Source: Octopus vulgaris
Taxonomy: Eukaryota
Assembly (NCBI GenBank): GCA_951406725.2
Contig: OX597819.1
Coordinates: 65,472,001 to 65,536,000, forward strand
Length of the DNA stretch: 64,000 nucleotides
Direction of reading: 5' to 3'
Position 1 is the first letter of the stretch. The number at the start of each line of letters is the position of its first letter. The position numbers were made by a program, and so were the translations under genes. Positions 50,912-64,000 of the stretch are shown here, one piece after another. Below the pieces are notes generated by a model. The model was not told the origin of the DNA and searched no databases. It was given only the letters and a program-made list of their open reading frames with translations.

Positions 50912-51789
50912 AGGGTGCGGTGAATAATTTGTTGGCTGAATTACATAAAGAAGAAAATAACACTGACATCTCATTTTAACAGATATATTTATATATTTAT
51001 CAAAATTACATAAAAATGTCTTGAAATACTAAAGAGTAAATGTATTCAATAAAATAGCCATTGACTTCAACCACTGTCTCCAGACAGCTTGGGAATCTCA
51101 TGTAACTCTTCTCGAAGGTTTCCTTGTTTAAACTGGTGAACGCTGCCACAGTTCGTCTTTGGTGTTACGAGGAGTTTTGTTGGTCTCCCGCTCAACTGCG
51201 CCACACACGTAATAATCAAAGGGGTTGCAGTCTGGGGAGTTAGGTGGCCAGATGTTAGGGGTGTTTGGTCCCACAAATTGTCTGACAGCCATGACTGGGT
51301 AATCCTGTTTGTGTGGCATGGAGAAGAATCCTGTTGTCAGACATAGGGTTTTCCAGCAGCCAACATTTTGACCCAGAGCAGCATTACTCCCTCCAGGCAC
51401 TTGATGTAGGTGTCCGTGTTGAGTCTTAGGGCGTGTGGGAAGATGAATGGACGCATAATGTCACAATCACTACTGATCACTCCAAAGAACATGATGTTGA
51501 CTGGATGTTTGATTTTTATCATACTCGCTACATGTTTTGGGGACACGGCAAACTCTCAGATTGACACCCAAACACTCTGAAATGTTCGTATTAAAGCTTT
51601 CGGTGCGAATGCCAAGCAGTACAGCAAGTAGATTTTATATTTCTGGCAGAGAGAATTGCTTCTTGGTGCTGTTTTTCTCACAGACGGTTTCCAACTGACC
51701 CTACTATACTGTGTTGTTGACAAAATCAAAATCAAACAATGCGCATGTGCGAAATTAAAAGCATCGTATGGCGACAATTTACCCCTCAC

Positions 51790-51792
<3 letters not shown>
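50912..51792 (-). mobile_element. Internally deleted Tc1/mariner element of maT (DD37D-like) type
   Basis: KHPVNIMFFGVISSD, YV*QQDSSPCH, IWPPNSPDCNPFDYYVCGAVE. Degenerate terminal repeats inside TA runs. Confidence 0.85.
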
Positions 51793-51829
<37 letters not shown>

Positions 51830-51852
51830 GTACATACATATATATATCTTTG

Positions 51853-51892
<40 letters not shown>

Positions 51893-52611
51893 TATAGATA
51901 TAGATATACCTATCTATCTAGCTAGCTAGCTAGCTACACGCACACACAGAGAAACAAACACTCTAACATACACAACCACACACTAACCTATATAACGTAT
52001 AGTGTATTCCCTTTGAGTAACCCACGATAATTGGCTAATCCACTGCCACAACTAAGTTACAATATAGATTTTAACTTCCCATTTGCGGAAAGAAAAATGA
52101 GGTTATCTGTTTATTCTCTAGTGTTTATAGGTTTATCAATGAACAAAACCCATCTAGTGCCTATGAATACAATGGAAGTTTATAACCGTTTTTAGTATCT
52201 AATAATCAGGTCACAGCGAAAGTGATCACTTCAATATGCATGACATTGCATGCGGTCACATCACGATGAATATATTAATGAATAATGCAACATACATCGA
52301 TGTTTCGATAAATTGAAACGAATCGAAAGGTAGAGATACGTTGATAAGCATGCAAATAAAGCTTCGCGGTGTGAATAATAAATCGGTTTAAACTACAGGA
52401 CTAGCCAATTTCTTTAATATTTATTTGTAAAAGTGTTTACATTTTGCAAACATCTCGGAACTAGTGTTTATGTACTTAACGATATTCTGAAGAAGTTTAA
52501 ACTAATGTTTATTGAAGATTTGAGAGCTATCATAATTTGTAGCGTATATATTCTACACCCGGACGTAGTGCATGTACTCCCTTTGGCAATAACTCTTGAA
52601 ATAAGCATATA

Positions 52612-53139
52612 CAGTTATCCCTCGGTTATCGCGGGTATTACGATTCAATGTATACCGTGGTAGGTGTAAATCGGCGAAGTAGAAACAGTACGCTACTGTA
52701 TATATATTTTAATTATGTTTATAATTTGTATATATCCATTTCAGTATTTTCAAAAACTTAAGCTTTATAAACTCTCTCCACACTTTTAGGAATCCCTGTG
52801 TCATTTGTGTTCTTTGGCGAGTGAAGAACATAGTGATGGGTAGTTGCTAGCGCTGCTATTTTTTCTGTGTAAGGAGGTTTTTGTAAAAATACATAGCTCC
52901 GTCGATTGCATTTCTGAACTGCAACGCACGAATCATCTTGAGGTCCCAATCTTCCGCCACTCTGAATTTCTTTTGCCGTTTTTGCTAGAGTTGAGAGGCC
53001 CTCTAGTGATAGGCCGGAAGGCTTCTCCCTCTTTTAAGCATGTACGTGATCTAAATTTACATATACGAGTATTAGCCAGAACAATCCGAGATGTACAGAG
53101 GACGTGATAGGTGAACCACGATGTGGTGAGTGATGACTG
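52612..53139. mobile_element. pogo/Tigger-like MITE
   Basis: TA|CAGTTATCCCTCGGTTATCGCGG ... CCACGATGTGGTGAGTGATGACTG|TA. Related copy at 61174. Confidence 0.75.
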
Positions 53140-54289
53140 TAGACACATTACCTATTGTATTTATATATGATCATATCATTTACAAAGATGTTTTCGAATA
53201 CAAAACGTCGTAATTTTCTCTACTGGCGCTATAAATTCTGTTGTGAATTTGCATAGATAAGCTTAAAAATGAGAGCATCACAAGTCTAACACAAAGGAAA
53301 GTTAAAATATCGACTTGTAAATCTCTAATATACTTAGTAGTATACAATGGTTGTGAAACAAAATATCGTGTCCTTCCTAGCAATATTTCCCAAACAATTG
53401 CCAGGAGTGTACTTGATATATAAATTGGTCTAGCGAATACTGTTATACCGCGTAAATTTGGCGTATATTTAAGCAATGTGTTCCTGACATATGGGGACGG
53501 GGCAGTTGGACGTGCTGCTGATGATAGCGCAGTAATTCTTGAAATATGGATATACGGCCATCGGCTGTCTTTTCTGTCTTCGATCGGATTGTTTACGTAG
53601 GCATATACTAAAACGAAATTTAACTTTCACTGTTGGGTTTGAATTGTACTGAAAATCTGTAGAGGTAAACTTAATCTATCTTAATCTGTTATTGTTCGAT
53701 GCTTTCACAAAGACAAAGGGATTTGTTTTCATGTAAATCATTTCTTATACAAGTGCCTCTTCTTTACGGGAAGAATCGTGTGTGGTACTTGAACTGTCTC
53801 TGTAAAGTTAGCGTATGTTCTTCAGGTTAGGACGGTAACTGCCTTTAGTATTATTCCTACTGAATAATTTCCTATATATATGGTTAGATGTAACTGTCTC
53901 ACAATTACAATTTGAAGAATTTTACCAATTTTGAATAGCACATTCAGGAAATCCCATATAATATTATGCATTGCTTTCTATTTTAAAATGGCAAGAATTT
54001 GATGGGTGTACCTTATCTTACCGTTAAATCTTTTTTCCTTCTCTTATTTATTGAGTTTAAGAGGTCCCTTCACAAAAGTATGTTTCAGATATACCGAATT
54101 ATATATAATTTAGCATTGGTTTCTATGTATATCTACATACAGATATAAGCACATATATATATACATATGCATACATAGATACACACACACACATACATAC
54201 ATATATATATATACAAATGTATGTATGTATATAAGCGTATGCTTGTGAATGTTTTTGTATTAGAATGGTATCTTCTATTTGTATCTTTT

Positions 54290-54625
54290 TTTTCTTTTGC
54301 TTGTTTCAACCATTGGATTGCAGCCATACTCTGTTACGTATTCTATTGGCCACATTTTTGCTGAATCTAATTTACGTTATTGTAAAGGAAAGAGCACTGG
54401 TTGTCAAGCTGTTGTGGGTTACATAGGCAAAAGCAGAGACACACGTATATAGGTACAGCGGTATATACATATGTGGCAGGCTTCTTTACTAAACCTTGTC
54501 ATAAAACTTTAGTCGGTTTAGGGTTATAGTAGACGGCACCTGCCCCACGTCCTATGCTGTGGGACTGAAAGCATAACACGTGGTTGGGAGGCAGCCTTCT
54601 TACCACACTGCCACGCCAGCTATAT
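54290..54625 (-). mobile_element. SINE family A, old copy
   Basis: Degenerate reverse-complement head and tail. Confidence 0.75.
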
Positions 54626-54684
54626 CTATTAAATATAATTGGTATAAAATCTATAATTAATAAACAAATGTTGATAATATTTTT

Positions 54685-55127
54685 TTATTCTTTTGCTTGT
54701 TTCAGTCATTTCACTTCGGCCATGCTAGAGCACCGCCTTTAGTCGAGCAAATCGAACCCCACCAGGAATTATTCTTTGTAAGCCTAGTACTTATTCTATC
54801 GGCCTCAATTGCCGAACCGCTAGGTTACGGGGGCGTAAACACACCAGAATCGGTTGTCAAGCGATGTTGGGGGACACACACAGACACTCGAAAATATGTA
54901 CACACACATATATGTCCTTACATTCGGAACGCGGAGTAGATAAAACAACTGATGAAGGGAATGTTCTTTATGTTGCCCGTCTCGTTTCTTTATTTGTTTC
55001 TTTCGTAGTTCGAAAAAAACTTCTATATTTTTCTTTTTATATGTTCTCCTTTCTCATTTTTTCACGTTATTTTTTGATGTCCTGTATCCATATATGCATA
55101 TATATATGTATATATATATGTGTGTGA

Positions 55128-55161
<34 letters not shown>

Positions 55162-55177
55162 TTATATATATATATAT

Positions 55178-55264
<87 letters not shown>

Positions 55265-55365
55265 TAGATATAGATATACTACGAGCTTCTTTCAGTTTCC
55301 AGTCAGAAGGCTTTGGTCGGGCGAATACTATAGTAGAAGATACTTCTGAACAGCCACGCATGCGC
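54685..55365 (-). mobile_element. SINE family A split by an insertion (about 54912-55090) in its central microsatellite
   Basis: Tail half at 54685-54900; deleted head at about 55280-55365. Confidence 0.75.
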
Positions 55366-56060
55366 CTTATAGCATGTTAAATTTTGTAATCTTATCACAG
55401 TATTCATTATCAAAGTCAAAATAATCTCTTGTCTTCCTAATTTAACTTACCTCTAATACCACCGCCACCACCACCACTACTACTACCACCACCACCACTA
55501 CCACCACCACCACTACCACCCCTACTACTACTACTACTACTACTACTACAACTGCTGCTGCTGCTGCTGTTGCTGCTGCTTATGCTGTTCTAGTAATTGA
55601 TGAAGATTTGTTCCATGCTATTTGATATTTGGAATAATAACCTAGTGACTTTTAACCTTCACACAAAATTATCTGCCGTATTGTCCAGCACACCTATTCA
55701 TTAACACTATGAAATTCCCCGTTCTACAGTCATGATATTTACATTAATTCTCCTACAGTGCTTGTCTCCCCTCGCCCCTATATATTCATTTGATATTTTC
55801 TTCATTCATTTCCCATAAAAGTTCACGTACTTCGTCGTTTTGCTGTGTTAAACTTTATAAACTCTTATTCTACATATACTCCAAACGAATCTAGCTTTTA
55901 TCTTTTTGTGAGGTCACCATGCTGCACACATATGTGTGCATTCTTTTCTATTTCAAAATGGCAAGAATTTGATGGGTGTTCTCTTGTTTATTGAGGTTAA
56001 GAGGTCCCTTCTCAAAAGTATGTTTCAGATATAGCGAATGATATATAATTTAGCTTATGT

Positions 56061-56127
<67 letters not shown>

Positions 56128-56131
<4 letters not shown>

Positions 56132-56522
56132 CGCAGGAGTGGCTGTGTGGTAAGTAGCTTGCTAACCAACCACATGGTTCCGGGTTCAGTCCCACTGCGT
56201 GGCATCTTGGGCAAGTGTCTTCTGCTATAGCCCCGGGCCGACCAATGCCTTGTGAGTGGATTTGGTAGACGGAAACTGAAAGAAGCCTGTCGTATATATG
56301 TATATATATGTGTGTGTTTGTGTGTGTGTGTCTGTGTTTGTCCCCCTAGCATTGCTTCACAACCGATGCTGGTGTGCAAAAAGAGACCGATAGAATAAGT
56401 ACTGGGCTTACAAAAGAATAAGTCCCGGGGTCGATTTGCTCGACTAAAGGCGGTGCTCCAGCATGGCCGCAGTCAAATGACTGAAACAAGTAAAAGAGTA
56501 AAAGAATAAAAGAATAAAAGAA
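56128..56522 (+). mobile_element. SINE family A, young copy
   Basis: Near-consensus, with a small internal deletion. Confidence 0.95.
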
Positions 56523-56684
56523 AATACACATAAAGATATATACACATATGTGTTGCGTGTTTCCGGGGTATTTTATCAGACGTGCAGTCAAGGTGTGTAT
56601 ATTGGTCTTCGTTTATTTGTACCCCAGTTCACTTACATACCATCCGCTGCTCTGTTACACAATAACAGTTATGAGAATGGTTTC

Positions 56685-56875
56685 AAATTTTTGGCACAAT
56701 CCCAGCAATACGCGTGGGGGAAGAGGTGTAAATTGATCAGATCGAACTCAGTACTCAAATCATGCTTATTTCATCGACCCTTAAAATATGAAAGACAAAG
56801 TCAACCTGAAAGGAATTTGAAATACAGGAACCGCAGCAGCAGCAACAACAACTACTGCTACTACTACTACTACAA

Positions 56876-56962
<87 letters not shown>

Positions 56963-57140
56963 TGATGATGATGATGATGATTGCCATGTTTGCCACAAGG
57001 GCAACTTTGGGGAGGGTACTGAGTCGATTACATCAACCCCAGTGAGTAACTGGTACTTATTTAATCGACCCCTAAAGGTGAAAGGCAAAATCGACCTCGA
57101 TGGAATTTGGACTTAGAACGTAGCGACGGGTGAAATACTG
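56685..57140 (-). mobile_element. Two partial SINE family B copies separated by trinucleotide repeats
   Basis: Cores at about 56685-56830 and 56985-57140. Confidence 0.8.
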
Positions 57141-57142
57141 AC

Positions 57143-57670
57143 CAGTGCGCTGGACTTGACAGAGCAAAAAATTTGTACGAATATAAACCCGAAAGTATCA
57201 TCGAAAATGATAATGCAAAGATCCTATGAGATTTAATGATGCAGTACGACCATGAGATAGAGAATAGAAAGCCAGACAGTCTTAAGTAAGAAAGAAAGAA
57301 AACTATGCTGAATCATAGCTATAGAATGCCCAGCTCACAACAACATATGCGATAAGGAAGAAAGAAAAGTCGAGGGATATGACAGGTTAGCTTGGGAAGT
57401 TAAGCACTTATGTTCGATGAAAAAGGTAGCAGTAGTACCAACAATTGTCAGAACCCTGGGAACAGTGAGCAAAAATCACGAGAAGTATGTGAAACAAATA
57501 GGGGCTGCGATAAGGGTGGAGCACTTGCAGAAAACAGCATTGCTTGGAACCGCCCGAATACTCCGGATGGTGGTCGAAAAATAAGAGGTGTTACCTTAAT
57601 TCACTGGTAGTGAACAGCTGACACCGTAGTACATATCCAGCGTTAGAAGCTGTGCAAAGACAATGAAAAT
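57143..57670 (+). mobile_element. R4/Dong-type non-LTR 3' end
   Basis: YEYKPESIIENDNAKIL*D, NRKPD, LQKTALLGTARILRMVVEK*, then a 3'UTR and a long (TAA)n. Confidence 0.9.
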
Positions 57671-57673
57671 GAC

Positions 57674-57732
<59 letters not shown>

Positions 57733-57775
57733 TAATAATAATAATATTAATAATAATAACAACAACAACAACAAC

Positions 57776-57806
<31 letters not shown>

Positions 57807-57810
57807 TAAA

Positions 57811-57880
<70 letters not shown>

Positions 57881-58224
57881 GCTGAGATGGTAAATGTTTT
57901 TAATTTTCATTCCTTTCATGAATTTATCCCTTTTTGTGTTTCTAGCACTACGCTTCCTTATTTGGAAGCCTTTTATTATATTTCTATACGAAAAATATAT
58001 AGTCTAATGACTATCTCGTCTTTTGTGCTAGGCCACTGGTAATAATAATTTATTTTATTACCCTATTTGATTATGTTTATATATATATAATTATATATAT
58101 ATAGATATATATCGTAAATCCCACCCAACCCAAAAAAAACGAAGAACAAACATATAAAAACAACAACGCGAACACGTGGTATATGTAAAGTATTAGCAGA
58201 CGCTCAGGGAAGGCATGAAAAGTG

Positions 58225-58259
58225 GTTTTACGTTTCGAGCAAAGCTCTTCTTCAGAAAC
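58225..58259 (-). ncRNA. Canonical minimal type-I hammerhead ribozyme within a probable Penelope-like terminus (about 58140-58345)
   Basis: Minus strand reads GUUU CUGAAGA A GAGC UUU GCUC GAA ACGU A AAAC. All core residues present; palindromic ACGU helix III. Confidence 0.82.
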
Positions 58260-58374
58260 AGGAGACAGAGGAAAATCCAATAGAGAATGAAGACGGAGAA
58301 AGAAAAATCACCAACGATTTACAGGTGGCTATGTTTTGGAATATATATGAGAGATGAAATTGTCGCAGATATGA

Positions 58375-58479
<105 letters not shown>

Positions 58480-59407
58480 CACTTATACACTGTGTATTTT
58501 GCAGGATATCTTTCTTTCTTGAAAGATTTGAATTATTTCTTATACTCTAGAAAATAATAGAAATCACTTGTACACATTTCAAAAATGCGTGTACACCTGA
58601 CTCATTACAAACAGTACTGTGAAAACTCATAATAAATTTAAACCTAGTACGAACAGTGTAACTAATTAGGAAACGAAGCAATTATCTTCGCTCTTTAAAA
58701 ATGGACGCCTACACATTGACATTTCGTGAAATTAACATAATCCTAATTTCTTGGGATTATATTCATTTGACCCTAAATGCAAGCATATTAACCCTACGCA
58801 ACCCCAACTAAATAAGGTTACCATGTATTCACTAGATTCTACATTAAGATTATTATGCTCTCGTATAGCTTTCTACCCGACGTTGAATAATAATTCACAT
58901 GATTAATTACTTTGATGACACATAATAAATATAACTGTAAATTCATGCAATTTCATACCATGGTATATTACTCATCTGTTGCTATCATTCTCTTGACACT
59001 GAGATATCGGTGTTATTATTACTGCTTAAGGTATTGATATCATTACGCACACTAGCATGTTTTTTTTTCTAACTAGAGCGTTGATGATATTTTTTAATAG
59101 GAATTGTGTTTAAGTGAATTCGAATTGACCTGATTTATCTTGGCTTTGCTTGTCGCGTGGAGACATGCAACGCAATTAATTCGCTAGCGACGGTTGTCTG
59201 CTTAAGTGTAAACGTTTACAAAAGAGGTGATATATATCTTACCGGAGGAAATATAACACATTACGTAGAGCCTACATATCATTCCATGTATGCAAACAAA
59301 CACACACACTCTGCTGTTCTATGCTACATTGCAGCATGTTACACTATTCTGTTCTACTCTGCACATCAATGCGTTTCAGTACACAGTATTGCGCAGCGGG
59401 AAAACAC

Positions 59408-59650
59408 GTGAGATGGTAGTTAGGTGTATCACATTCACAATCGTTCGATAGTGGTTTCGATTCTCCGACCGGCAAACTGAGCAAACCACTTCATTTCAAG
59501 TGGCTTCAATGCACTCTGCTTTAAAAGGGTAACCGAGCGGCGGATTAGCCTTTACATCAGGGGCAATGTTGGCCTACTCGGTAGCTTCTGGGGCGGCATC
59601 ATTCAAAAACCAAACCACTGCAAAGTGCATTTTGACCTATCATATATAAA
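59408..59650 (+). mobile_element. SINE family C, decayed
   Basis: GGTTTCGATTCTC B-box followed by CTGAGCAAACCACTTCATTTCA. Confidence 0.55.
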
Positions 59651-59751
59651 AGCATCTGATAATCGGGCCCATCACCTGATCACTACCTTGTATGTTTCTC
59701 TTGCTTCTGTACACAAAACCATAGAACAACAACAATCTACTATATAGACAA

Positions 59752-60050
59752 TGAGGAGCTACTAAAAAGTTCCTTGCTTTGGGTAAAAGGAAATACAGGA
59801 AGATCAGTTAACTATGATTTTATTCATCATGTTTCCCTAGGGTACTGAAAAGTTCCTTGCTTTGGGTAAAAGGAAATACATGAGGATCATTTAATTATGA
59901 TTTTATTCAATATATTCCCCTCTCAGACACACACACTTATTGCAGCGGCCTTTCAGCTTTTCTAAGCCCTATAAAAGAACTTGGAAGGTTAGGCATCCAA
60001 CCAGGCCTTTCTCCATAATCTTGAAGCCAGAAACTTAGCGCCTTCTCCTG
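59752..60050 (-). mobile_element. Mariner-derived MITE with a duplicated end
   Basis: AAAAGTTCCTTGCTTT terminal motif occurs twice. The minus strand encodes the transposase end RCNKCVCLRGEYIE*. Confidence 0.75.
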
Positions 60051-60689
60051 AACATTTCATGTACTACGCAACACTTTCACTCTCAACTTGTTACCAGTTA
60101 TTCAACTACAGTGGTAATTAAATTAGAACACTACAGCGCTCTGACTATGACGCTGGTCTGTAGCGGAGTCCGAGGTCGGCAGTTTGGAGAGAAAAACAGT
60201 AGTCGATTACAACATCTCCTGATCAGCGGGGTGGCATCACTTGAAAGCTAAAGCGATATAAACCTTATTGTGACTAGCGATGCATAACAAGATTCTATAG
60301 ACTGGTCAATCGATCTCGAGATCACGATATGAGTGTATGTGCGTCTGTGTGTGTTTGTGTGTGTTCGTTTGTGTTAAAGTTACCACTGCTTTCATGTTAA
60401 GGAATGCCTCAACAATGATCAAGCTTAACATGGAAAATTCGGTGTTCGTTTCTATTTAATCCAAAATGAAGGCGATCACCAATACTCCCTGTGATAGGCT
60501 TGATAATCTTTGAGGTATTTCTTAACGTGAAACCAATGGTAGCCTTAGTACAGCAATAAAGAATCTCTATCCAACTGGTACAGTGTTTGAGCATTCATTC
60601 TCATTGTTCGATATTTACGTTTATATGATGGGTTCTCTTCCCTTGAATGATAAATGAGGATTCAGTAAAATAAAGAGACAACCATGTTC

Positions 60690-60940
60690 TATGGATACGA
60701 ATGTGTCTCTTGAGGCCTGCTGGTGCATTTCAAACTTTTAGAAAAGGGAAGAGGCCGAAGACTCAGTTTGCTCGAGTGTTTTACCGAGTGGACGGAAGGC
60801 TTGTTTTGCCCTGTGCTACAAATCCACAATGGCAGGGAATGTTTTACCAGCGTCCATTTCTGTTTCTACGAAGTTGGTCCCCGTGTTGGAGTCGACCTCG
60901 CTCAAATCTTTGGTCTGCGGAGAAGCAGGACTGATGATGT
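60690..60940 (+). mobile_element. RTE-like LINE 3' end remnant
   Basis: EKGRGRRLSLLECFTEWTEG resembles GKR.RGRPR..W.D.I.EWTG; ends in TGATGATG plus (TATG)n. Confidence 0.5.
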
Positions 60941-61121
60941 ACGTATGTATGTATTATGTATGTATTATGTATATATGTACTTACGTATGTATGTATGTAT
61001 GTATGTATGTATGTATGTATGTATGTATGTATGTATGTATGTATGTATGTATGTATGTATGTATGTATGTATGTATGTATGTATGTATGTATGTATGCAT
61101 GTATGAATGCATGTAGGTATA

Positions 61122-61157
<36 letters not shown>

Positions 61158-61173
61158 CGTATAGGCATAAGTA

Positions 61174-61382
61174 CAGTAATATCTCGACTATTGCGGATGT
61201 TACGTTCCAAAACAAACCGCGATAGGTAGAAATCCGTGAAATAGAAACAGTCCTTTACTGTATATCTGTTTTTATTAATTTTACAATTTCTACATATTTA
61301 TTTTATTATAAATGCAAAACAACAACACAGAAGAATTGAGGTAATCTTGAATGATAAACCGCGATATGAAGATGGATTACTA
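61174..61382. mobile_element. pogo/Tigger-like MITE
   Basis: TA|CAGTAATATCTCGACTATTGCGG ... CCGCGATATGAAGATGGATTACT; left end matches 52612. Confidence 0.72.
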
Positions 61383-61464
61383 TATACGAATATATATATA
61401 TCTATATTCATACATTAGCTCCATGCCGGGTTATGTATTTATATTTTAGCGCTTTTTTTTAGTA

Positions 61465-61882
61465 TTCTTTTCTACTCTAGGTACATGGCCCAAAATGTTT
61501 GGGGAGGTAGAGCTAGTCGATTAAATCGATCACAGTATACAACTGGTACTTAATTTATCGACCGCGAAAGGATTAAAAGCAAAGTCGACCTCGGGGGAAT
61601 TTGAACTCTGAACACAGACAGACGAAATACTGTTAAGCATTTCGCTTGGCGTGCTAACGTTTCTTATTCCTTTATTGCCCACAAGGGAACAAACAAGGAC
61701 AGACCAACGGATTAAATCGATTATATCGACCCCAGTGCGTAACTGGTAGTTATTCAATCAACCCCTAGATGATAAAAGGCAAAGTTTGACCTCGGCGGAA
61801 TTTGAACTCAGAACGTAACAGCAGTCGAAATACGCCAAGCATTTCGCCCGGCGTGTTAACGTTTCTGCCAACTCGGCACCTT
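61465..61882 (-). mobile_element. SINE family B dimer
   Basis: Same two-tail architecture as 39172-39553. Confidence 0.9.
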
Positions 61883-62084
61883 ACACAGTTTTTTTTATTA
61901 TTAAATCTCCTCAGCCAACGTTTTAACGATTTTTCATAACAAATATTTCTCGAACAATTAGACCACATTTTCTGAATATATTAATCGCTATTCATTTTCT
62001 GACTACTTTACGATGAAAACTGTCGCCCTCCATTCACTGCCGCAGCTTCGTTACTACAAATATGTGTGTATGCAAGTATGAACA

Positions 62085-62114
62085 TTAAATATATATATAT
62101 ATATATGTAAGTGT

Positions 62115-62169
<55 letters not shown>

Positions 62170-62239
62170 GGTATATATATATATATATAAATATATGTAT
62201 ATATACATATAAATATAGGTATATATATATATATATAAA

Positions 62240-62290
<51 letters not shown>

Positions 62291-62467
62291 GTATATATGT
62301 ATATATATATATATATATTTGAATATATACCCATATATATGGGTATACATATATATATATGTATATGTTTATATATGCATATATATATTTACATACATAC
62401 ATGTATATATATTCTTATTAATGCATATATATATATGTATGTATGCATGCATGCATGCTTATATGTA

Positions 62468-62509
<42 letters not shown>

Positions 62510-62510
62510 T
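62085..62510. repeat. TA-rich compound microsatellite
   Basis: Seen directly. Confidence 0.95.
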
Positions 62511-63619
62511 GTACAGGTGTAATCAACTCTCCATGTATACATACATACTTAAGTGAACACATGTTTTGTATCGACTCATTGTATATCGGAAGCAATAGTG
62601 ATTTACAGGAATTGTGAATTTCTTTTCCGTGACATTAAGTAATACTTAACCTGGCGAAAAGAGGGCGAGAAACATGTTTTTTCCTTCTTTTTTTGTTCTT
62701 TGTTAGTGGTGGTGGTGATGGGTGAGTTTATAAGGGTCAATACTCATGAGATTGAAAGAGTGGAAACGAGGGTGAGCGGGGAGAGATGCTATAAGTTAAT
62801 GGAAGTTGGTACATAATGGAAGCTAATACATGTCCAAACAGCACTTCTTCAACGTATCATAATTAACAAATGCTTGTTCTTGGGAACAATATAGCAGGAA
62901 AAGGGAGTCGGAAATGAGAAAGAGAGACGGTGACAGAGAGTGAGAGAGAGAGGTAGAGAGGTAGAGAGAAAGAGAGAGAAACACGCACAACGACAGAGAA
63001 AAAGTAGACAACCATCGGAGACAGGAAGACAGAGAGAATGAGACAGAGAAAGAGAGTGACCTGGAAAGTCTGAAGAGACGGAAATAATGAAAATAGGAAT
63101 AAAAATAGAAGTAAAATGGAAGGAGCGAGACAATATGTGATAAGAATGTTTTGGAGAATGGGATAAATAGAGCAGCAGGGAGCAGACGAAGGAGAAATAG
63201 GGAGAGTGAGATGGGGTTTCGAGTTAATGACATTTGAAAACTGGAGAGAAAGTGAATGAAAGTTAAACAAAGATTAGAATGAATGAGAGATGATTTTGAC
63301 AAAGAGATATAAATGATTTGGACAGCACAAGAGAGAGACTCAGAAAGAGAGAGAGAGTGAGACAGACAGACAGACAAAGACAGGCAGACAGAGAATGATG
63401 GAGATGGACACAGAGCGGCAGAGAAGGGGCGTTTGACTTACTAAGCCACTGAAAGAGAGAGTGTGAAATATTGACAAGAGAACAGAAGAGTGGCATTGAT
63501 GACAAAATTGAGAGATATGAGAGAAAAAGAGGAGAAACGGCTCATGATTGTTGGAGAGTGGTGTAGAAGTCAGAGAGAAGGAAAGATAGAAAGAGAAATA
63601 TTAAGAAAGATTAAGAGAT

Positions 63620-64000
63620 ATAGGCGCAGGAGTGGTTGTCTGGTAAGTAGCTTGCTTACCAACCACATGGTTCCGGGTTCAGTCCCACTGCGTGGCACCT
63701 TGGGCAAGTGTCTTCTACTATAGCCTCGGGCCGACCAACCTTGTGAGTGGACTTGGTAGACGGAAACTGAAAGAAGCCTGTCGTATATATGTATATATAT
63801 ATATATGTGAGTGTGTGTGTGTTTGTGAGTCTGTGTTTGTCCCCGTAGCATTGCTTGACAACCGATGCTGGTGTTTTTACGTCTCCGAAAATTAGCAGTT
63901 CGGCAAAAGAGACTGGCAGAATAAGTACTGGGCTTACAAAGAATAAGTGCCGGGGTCGATTTGCTCGACTAAAGGCGGTGCTCCAGCATGGCCGCAGCCA
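63620..64000 (+). mobile_element. SINE family A, young copy running to the window end
   Basis: Near-consensus head, core and tail. Confidence 0.95.

Noticed and set aside
54945-55025. CTGATGA followed later by CGAAA
   Set aside because: No convincing helix II or helix III could be drawn.
62823-63505. Ser/Leu-rich minus ORFs
   Set aside because: Products of GA-rich low-complexity sequence.

Overview
AT-rich, repeat-dense eukaryotic DNA, mostly intronic or intergenic. The SINE families and the density of (TA)n/(CA)n/(TAA)n repeats point to a coleoid cephalopod such as Octopus; this is inference, not a search result. There is no intact protein-coding gene, rRNA, tRNA, CRISPR array or prokaryote-type system, and most of the supplied ORFs are microsatellite artefacts. 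The window holds at least 3 tRNA-derived SINE families, decayed mariner, maT and pogo elements, non-autonomous Helitrons and a Helentron-like element, and LINE remnants (R4/Dong at TAA repeats, CR1-like, I/Nimb, HERO-like, RTE-like). It also holds a 107-bp minisatellite and two phase-compatible candidate exons of an unidentified minus-strand gene. The most interesting signal is a set of short Penelope-like elements, several of them fold-back, carrying minimal type-I hammerhead ribozymes. Their catalytic 3-8 pair appears as C3-G8, G3-C8 and U3-A8 in different families. Also notable are an inverted pair of diverged, decayed paralogous ORFs near 9.7 and 11.2 kb, and a CR1-like LINE 3' tail shared with the dominant SINE. 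Boundaries of decayed elements are approximate, and all protein-family calls are motif recognition by eye.
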